A DNA stretch of 64,000 bases from Candidatus Thorarchaeota archaeon (lineage in GTDB: Archaea > Asgardarchaeota > Thorarchaeia > Thorarchaeales > Thorarchaeaceae). The position numbers and the translations under genes were made by a program. Location of the stretch: NCBI GenBank assembly GCA_020348985.1, contig CP070761.1, positions 691,526 to 755,525 on the forward strand, written 5' to 3'. The notes under the pieces were generated by a model. It was given only the letters and a program-made list of their open reading frames with translations. It had not been told where the DNA came from and ran no database searches. Shown here piece by piece: positions 58,542 to 64,000 of this stretch (its first letter is position 1; every line of letters starts with the position of its first letter).

Positions 58542-59855
58542 ATGAGTGAAATGCGGACAGTCCGGGGTATGCGAGATCTAATGGGTCCTGAAATATTGGT
58601 TCGAAACTATCTGCTCGATCTTGCCGAAGGCATCTTCCAGCTCTACGGTTACGAACCTCTGGATTCACCCGTGATGGAGCTTTGGGAAACGCTCTCGGCC
58701 AAGGGCGGAGAGGAGGTTGAAGCCGAGACATTCAAGTTCAAAGACAAAGGAGATAGGGATGTCGGTCTTAGATTCGATTTGACAGTTCCTTTGGCCAGAA
58801 TAGTGGCCTCGAATCCTCATTTGCCAAAGCCATTCAGGCGATACGCAATAGGAAAGGCGTGGAGATACGATAGACCACAAGCTGGCAGATACAGAGAGTT
58901 CATGCAGGCTGATGTAGATGTGATTGGTTCACTCAGCCCTTCGGCAGATGCTGAGGTTGTCCTAGTCGCTCTGGAATTCTTCCGAGAAGTGCTTGGTGAA
59001 GACTACGTCGTAAGAGTCAATAACCGGAAAGTTCTGAGAGGACTCACGGAGAAGGCGGGAATTGAAGAGAGCCGTTCTTTTGAGTGCTTCAGAGCGATTG
59101 ACAGGCTCGATAGGATAGGACGAGCCGGAGTTCTCGAAGAGCTGAAGACTAGGGGATTCAAGTCAGACCAGAGCGAGTTCCTAGTCGACGCAATCGACTT
59201 GAAAGGAGAAGGGTCTAAGATACTGCCCGAGTTTCGTGAGCTTCTATCAGGATCCAGCATTGGAACGGAGGGTGTCGAAGAGCTGGAATACATGGCGGAG
59301 ATATTTGCCGAGACCACCGAAGAAGGCGAAGTTGAGTTTGACATGTCTCTAGCACGAGGGCTCGACTATTACACGGGACCAGTCTTTGAAGCGGCATGGC
59401 TTGGAGAACCAAAGGTTGGTGCCATTTCAGGAGGCGGCCGATACGATAAGCTGGTTGAGCGATTTGGTGGTCCGGCTACAGCAGCAACTGGCATTTCCAT
59501 AGGCATTGACCGAATCATTGACATTGCTCTGGCAAGAGGACTCGCCGCCAACCTGGAGGGCGGAATTGATGTTTACATTGCGCCAATAAAGAGGCCAATG
59601 GTCAAATTCGCGATGAAGATTCGTTCAGAGCTTGTACAAGCGGGGGCTTCTTGCGACATCGATCTCATGGAGAGACCATTAAAGAAACTCCTTGAGATTG
59701 CAGACTCTCGAAAAGCCAAACTTGTCGTCATTGTCGGGCAAAAAGATCTAGAGAAAGGCAGTGTCAGTGTAAGAGACATGGCCACCAAAGAGACCTCTCA
59801 GGTTGCTATTGACCAGATTACGTATTATGTAATGGACAAGACTCTGGAAGAGTGA
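58542..59855 (+). CDS. hisS: histidyl-tRNA synthetase
   Basis: VRGMRDL, GLRFDLTVPLAR, class II motifs and a C-terminal anticodon-binding domain. Confidence 0.95.
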   Translation: MSEMRTVRGMRDLMGPEILVRNYLLDLAEGIFQLYGYEPLDSPVMELWETLSAKGGEEVEAETFKFKDKGDRDVGLRFDLTVPLARIVASNPHLPKPFRRYAIGKAWRYDRPQAGRYREFMQADVDVIGSLSPSADAEVVLVALEFFREVLGEDYVVRVNNRKVLRGLTEKAGIEESRSFECFRAIDRLDRIGRAGVLEELKTRGFKSDQSEFLVDAIDLKGEGSKILPEFRELLSGSSIGTEGVEELEYMAEIFAETTEEGEVEFDMSLARGLDYYTGPVFEAAWLGEPKVGAISGGGRYDKLVERFGGPATAATGISIGIDRIIDIALARGLAANLEGGIDVYIAPIKRPMVKFAMKIRSELVQAGASCDIDLMERPLKKLLEIADSRKAKLVVIVGQKDLEKGSVSVRDMATKETSQVAIDQITYYVMDKTLEE

Positions 59856-59950
59856 GATCAGGTCTGTGGGCCCTTAGGTGGAGTCTCAGACTTTGCAACG
59901 AATCAAAGGCTTTTTCAGAAATGAAACTCCTTGAGGCTGTTTGAACTCAC

Positions 59951-60790
59951 ATGACACGTATGCCAGTGGTTGCAGGTAGTTTCTATGAAGGGACACATGA
60001 AGTATTGATGAAGCGACTCAATGACTGCTTCCTGAAGGGTATGGGACCAGGCAGATTGCCTGAAGGTGACCCTGGACAGGATAGAAGACTGAAGGCTGTC
60101 ATCGCGCCTCACGCAGGGTATGTCTATTCAGGCATGACTGCAGCTCAGAGCTACATCAGAATCTTCGAAGACGGCAGGCCTGAGACCATTGTGATTATTG
60201 GGCCAAACCACACTGGATATGGCGAAAGCGTGGCAGTGTGTGAGGACGACTGGGAGACACCCCTAGGCACTGTCAGATATGATAGAGTCCTAGGACCAGC
60301 TATTGTGGAGCAGAACGAGTTTGCGCGGTCCGATTGTATTGCTCACAACAGTGAACACTCGATTGAAGTACAGCTTCCGTTTCTGCAGTTCATCTTTGGT
60401 GAAGGAGTCAGCTTCGTACCAATAGCCCTAAGGGGCCTCGAATATGAAGTGTGTGAGTCGTTGGGGAAGACTCTTGCAAATCTAGCAAACGAGACAGACA
60501 TGCTCGTAATAGCCAGTTCAGACTTTACACACTTTGAGTCGGCCTCGAGTGCGAGGATCAAGGATGACCAAGCGCTAGAGTATCTGCAGTATATGGACCC
60601 GAAGGGGTTCCTTGATTTTGTCAAGGGTCACAAAGTGAGCATATGCGGCGCCGCAGCAATCACTGCTGCAATGATATATGCCAATGAGAGGGAAGCCACT
60701 ATCTTCAATCTCCTGAAGTACACAAACTCGGGAGATATTACCGGCGACATGGGCAGTGTAGTAGCCTACGTAGCTGCAGAAGTTACCTGA
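59951..60790 (+). CDS. MEMO1-family protein (AmmeMemoRadiSam system protein B)
   Basis: AVIAPHAGYVYSG, IGPNHTG, HNSEHSIEVQLPFL. Confidence 0.85.
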   Translation: MTRMPVVAGSFYEGTHEVLMKRLNDCFLKGMGPGRLPEGDPGQDRRLKAVIAPHAGYVYSGMTAAQSYIRIFEDGRPETIVIIGPNHTGYGESVAVCEDDWETPLGTVRYDRVLGPAIVEQNEFARSDCIAHNSEHSIEVQLPFLQFIFGEGVSFVPIALRGLEYEVCESLGKTLANLANETDMLVIASSDFTHFESASSARIKDDQALEYLQYMDPKGFLDFVKGHKVSICGAAAITAAMIYANEREATIFNLLKYTNSGDITGDMGSVVAYVAAEVT

Positions 60791-62052
60791 TCTCCTGTTT
60801 GTTCAGATTCAGAAACCGTTCTAGGTACGAATCTAGGCAATGTGATTCCTGCCGCAATAGCTCCCGTCAACGAGACTGAACTGGCCAACAAGAGACTCTC
60901 AGCACTCGACGAGTATGTGTCATACATGACACCACCTAGAAGAGGCGAGACGGCGTATGCGCCATTGCTCACCGCCCCAAATGCTCCCATCATTGTACCG
61001 TAATGGCGTCTATCAGTCAGATCGCCTATCAATGCTTGGATGGTTGGGCCACGCATCGACATCCCAACGGCAAGCACTGCACCTGCTATGACAAAGCCCA
61101 ACGTGGAATCAGCAATGACAAACAAGAGAAGTGAGAATGCTCCAATCAGGGCTCCACCGACGATTAGCCACTTCCTACCAACTCTGTCGGAAAGCTTGCC
61201 GAATACTATGTTCCCAATGATCATTACTACACCGATGACGCCAAAGAAGACACCAATCTCAAGTGGAGAGATTCCGAACCGCTCAACAGCATCGAGCACA
61301 AAGGCCACTTCTAGGATTCCCAACGCAAACATATTGGCAAACATGGCCACACCAAGTCCAGAGTATGCACGCCTGTTCAAAGCAAAGCTCTCTCGGATTG
61401 AGACCTTCTCCACGACTTCGGTGGTTGTGTCGGACCGAATCTTTGGCTCAGCTACCAAGGCGAAAACAGCGACGAAGGTTGCGAGGGCTGCCAGTCCAGC
61501 GATTATGAAAGGCAATCGTATTCCAAGAAACTGCGCAAGTACGCCCCCAACCGTGGGACCAACTATGAAACCAACCATGTTTCCCATACTGAGGTAACCC
61601 ATAGCAGCTCCTCTATTCTGTGGAGTTGTCACATCTGATACGTAGGCATTCGCAGCAGGAAAGAAACCTGCAGAAACGGCGCCTTCCAATGCACGGACGA
61701 GAATCATTGTGATGATATTGGTGGCGAATGCATAGACAACGTTTGCAAAAGCGAATCCAATCAGTGCCCCAAGAAGAACAGGTCTTCTCCCCACTTTGTC
61801 AGAGAGACCGCCTAGTGGTCCAGCGAGGATTATCCGCGTGATTGCGAAAGAGGCTGCTAGTACGCCCAGTTCCGTGCCGCCAACACCGAGCTCAACAATG
61901 TAGAAGGGGAAGATGGGTGTAACGATTCCAAAGCCTACCTGGAGAATGCTGAGCGAGATTGCCAACATCCAGACCTGCCGCATCCCATGGGACTCTTCTA
62001 CGCTCTCAGGATGTATGTCGTCCTCTGTGGTGGTCTCGACCTTGGAATCCAT
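60766..62052 (-). CDS. MFS transporter (drug/Bcr-like)
   Basis: Twelve-TM; GPLGGLSDKVGRRP and GKLSDRVGRKW MFS signature loops. Confidence 0.85.
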   Translation of the reverse strand: MDSKVETTTEDDIHPESVEESHGMRQVWMLAISLSILQVGFGIVTPIFPFYIVELGVGGTELGVLAASFAITRIILAGPLGGLSDKVGRRPVLLGALIGFAFANVVYAFATNIITMILVRALEGAVSAGFFPAANAYVSDVTTPQNRGAAMGYLSMGNMVGFIVGPTVGGVLAQFLGIRLPFIIAGLAALATFVAVFALVAEPKIRSDTTTEVVEKVSIRESFALNRRAYSGLGVAMFANMFALGILEVAFVLDAVERFGISPLEIGVFFGVIGVVMIIGNIVFGKLSDRVGRKWLIVGGALIGAFSLLLFVIADSTLGFVIAGAVLAVGMSMRGPTIQALIGDLTDRRHYGTMMGAFGAVSNGAYAVSPLLGGVMYDTYSSSAESLLLASSVSLTGAIAAGITLPRFVPRTVSESEQTGDQVTSAAT

Positions 62053-62119
62053 TGGAGAAGCAGCTCATCGCTCGGCAATGCTCAGACCTTTTCAGTCTTC
62101 CCGAACAGCTGTTACATTA

Positions 62120-62638
62120 CTACTTGTCAATTATGACGCGACTGACTCCTTCAATTGACGCAAGAACTTCAATCACTCGACCAGGCAGAGGGTCTCGAGT
62201 TATGACTTTGAGACACGGCTGCCTATAGATCGCTACGTCCTCAGCGATAACCTGTCTAATTGCTATGTTGTGACCGGCAATGGTAGATGTAACATCTGAT
62301 AGGATACCGGGGTTCTCGGGAGCCTCCACGTAGATGGTGACGACTCCATATCCAAACTGTCTGCTGACCTTCTCCAGGGATGGACCGGCAGGACGAAGCG
62401 ACGAAAAGAAACCGCAGAGCTCATCATCAGAACAGACGTCCTCTGTTGTTGCGCGAACCGTCCGTCTATCTATGCCCAAAGCATCTCCTATTGCTTTCAA
62501 CGGAACACGAACTTCGCCACACTTCACAATTCCGACATCTTCAATGTGCATCCCGTGTCGTATTATGGTTTCAGCAACCTTCAGCCGCTGGGGCGAATCT
62601 TGGAATCTTTCGACAATGCTTTCCCACATCAGGGACAC
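62120..62638 (-). CDS. HTH + ACT-domain putative regulator (COG2150-like)
   Basis: N-terminal HTH-like segment; C-terminal ACT-like GILSDVTSTIAGHNIAIRQVIAE. Confidence 0.65.
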   Translation of the reverse strand: MSLMWESIVERFQDSPQRLKVAETIIRHGMHIEDVGIVKCGEVRVPLKAIGDALGIDRRTVRATTEDVCSDDELCGFFSSLRPAGPSLEKVSRQFGYGVVTIYVEAPENPGILSDVTSTIAGHNIAIRQVIAEDVAIYRQPCLKVITRDPLPGRVIEVLASIEGVSRVIIDK

Positions 62639-62642
62639 GCCC

Positions 62643-63197
62643 TTAGACGTTCTGCTTTCTCAGAAGTTCCTTTTCATACAAAACCTCATTTATGTATCCA
62701 TCGGGCATCTTGAAATGCTTCATTCTGTAACCAACTACTCGATACCCCATTGAATCGTACAGGGATTTGGCCAAATCATTCGAGTCAAATGTGCTCAGAA
62801 TGATTTTCTCAAAGCCTTCTGCGTGTGCAGCCTCTTCGGCCGCCATCATTAAGGCTCGACCCACTCCTACCCTTCTGTGTTCCTCTACTACGATGATCCC
62901 AAGTCGAGCAACGTGGCCCGATGCCATCCACTCCTCAGGCTGGAGTGTCAGATGTCCCGCATAAACTCCATCAAGAAGTGAAACCAAGAAGATCTCTCTG
63001 TTTTGAGAAGTTCGCTGAATCCAATGAATCCAATCGCCAAGCGTGGAATTGGGAGAGAATGTAGGCAGCCATACCCCCTCATCTACTACTGACTTGAACC
63101 CGTCGAAGATGTTCCTTGCATCGTTCGTGTTGGCCGGACGTATGGAGATGGGACGTCCATCCTTTGAGACGAACTTCCATTCCTGCAATTGTTTCAC
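62643..63197 (-). CDS. GNAT family N-acetyltransferase
   Basis: GIIVVEEHRRVGVGRALMMAAEEAAHAEGFEKIIL motif A; GTG start. Confidence 0.8.
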   Translation of the reverse strand: MKQLQEWKFVSKDGRPISIRPANTNDARNIFDGFKSVVDEGVWLPTFSPNSTLGDWIHWIQRTSQNREIFLVSLLDGVYAGHLTLQPEEWMASGHVARLGIIVVEEHRRVGVGRALMMAAEEAAHAEGFEKIILSTFDSNDLAKSLYDSMGYRVVGYRMKHFKMPDGYINEVLYEKELLRKQNV

Positions 63198-63322
63198 CTC
63201 ACCATATCGGTTCGCCTTCAGTGTGCCCTTTGGCCACGAATCTAAGCTTGAGGAACTCCTTTATCTCTTCAGCCAGTTCCTCCGTAACTACACGAGTCAT
63301 CTCAACCCACCTTAGTCAATGC

Positions 63323-64000
63323 CTAGGGATTTGTCTTCAGGTCTTCCTCTCTTCGAGTCATTCCAGACCAATGGACATTCTGCACACCTTCTGTTCTAGC
63401 AACTTCTGCTAGGGCCTCCATTGTCTTCTTGGTAACAAGTGGGGTCTTCTTCAGTGGAAACTCTTGTCCGAGAAGGGCATACTTGTCTATACAGAGATTG
63501 TTGAAAGCGAGAAGATCGTATCGAACAACGCCATTCATATCGTCGATTATGAAGCGTGAGATTTTCCGAATGTTGTCTTCGCTGTCTGTGAATCCTGGAA
63601 TGATAGGTGTACGAACCCAAACTGGAATACCAGATGATGCAAGTGTCCTTGCATTTGACAGGACAGTCTCCAGCGGAACTCCTGTGTATTCGAGATGTAG
63701 TGCTTCATTCATCTGCTTCAAGTCATAGAGCACCAAATCAACGAAATGCAGAATCCGCTCAAACGCTTTCTTGCTAGAGTAACCACACGTGTCTAACGCG
63801 ACATGGACACCATGGGACTTGAGTCCTTCAGCAACCTCAATTGCAAATTCGAGTTGATACAATGCTTCTCCGCCGGAAAGAGTCACCCCCCCGTTGGAGG
63901 TCTCGAAAAAGACCTTGTCACGTATGAGCTCATCAACGAGAGGTTGTACATCCCACTCTTCGCCTATTACCTCAATAGCGGTAGTAGGACAGGCGTCCTC
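63323..64000 (-). CDS. radical SAM activating enzyme (PFL-AE-like; AmmeMemoRadiSam radical SAM partner candidate), N-terminus beyond window end
   Basis: LSGGEALYQLEF and the PFL-AE-like C-terminal half. The in-frame upstream continuation to 64000 (…DACPTTAIEVIGEEW…GGVTLSGGEAL) has no stop. Confidence 0.85.
   Translation of the reverse strand, partial: EDACPTTAIEVIGEEWDVQPLVDELIRDKVFFETSNGGVTLSGGEALYQLEFAIEVAEGLKSHGVHVALDTCGYSSKKAFERILHFVDLVLYDLKQMNEALHLEYTGVPLETVLSNARTLASSGIPVWVRTPIIPGFTDSEDNIRKISRFIIDDMNGVVRYDLLAFNNLCIDKYALLGQEFPLKKTPLVTKKTMEALAEVARTEGVQNVHWSGMTRREEDLKTNP

Noticed and set aside
61040-61597. 185-aa plus-strand ORF inside the MFS gene
   Set aside because: Antisense to a convincing MFS transporter; Ala/Thr/Pro-rich shadow frame.
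63200-63300. 33-aa minus-strand ORF (MTRVVTEELAEEIKEFLKLRFVAKGHTEGEPIW) between the radical SAM gene and the GNAT
   Set aside because: Too short to support without conservation data. It could be a real micro-protein, but no evidence is available from sequence alone.
1-64000. CRISPR arrays, tRNA/rRNA genes, IS elements, integrases
   Set aside because: No regularly spaced direct repeats were seen. No T-loop-like GTTC(G/A)A(A/T)TC motifs occur in intergenic regions. No transposase or integrase ORFs are present. tRNAs cannot be fully excluded without a covariance search, but the intergenic space is small.

Overview
This is an archaeal chromosomal segment of about 48% GC. Archaeal/eukaryote-type GlyRS and TrpRS, a thermosome, archaeal SAM synthetase and PPAT, an Rpo6/RpoK homologue and an AmmeMemoRadiSam gene pair all point to archaea. 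Lineage cannot be fixed by eye; the class II HMG-CoA reductase, UspA and the large glycosylated surface protein would fit a Thermoplasmata-like or Asgard-like organism.

Most of the window is tightly packed housekeeping genes. These include glyS, trpS, hisS, thsA, hmgA, the mat-type metK, coaD, ferritin, alaX-L, Fap7, Ard1/rimI, DUF89, MgtC, an ADH+TPP-enzyme operon, several GNATs and MFS/NhaP transporters.

The first 6.5 kb is one giant minus-strand gene for a signal-peptide-bearing Trp/Tyr/Asn-rich, sequon-dense surface protein. It sits directly downstream of a 965-aa polytopic membrane protein gene.

The accessory or unusual content is:
- a divergent locus with a COG4260/YdjI-like SPFH protein carrying a C-terminal double zinc ribbon, followed by a 614-aa protein built from eight tandem C2CH zinc-ribbon modules, opposite a 314-aa Ig-like+Zn-ribbon protein and a 109-aa partner;
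- two paralogous Zn-ribbon/2-TM proteins co-transcribed downstream of trpS;
- a tandem duplication of a 185-aa helical protein gene (about 90% aa identity) flanking a small membrane protein gene;
- two convergent paralogous TPR-like proteins;
- a solitary 841-aa gamma-class N6-adenine DNA methyltransferase of the MmeI/Eco57I/PglX type with an uncharacterised N-terminal domain;
- an unusual HhH2–RpoK fusion immediately after the thermosome gene.

No CRISPR array, tRNA, IS element or integrase was recognised.
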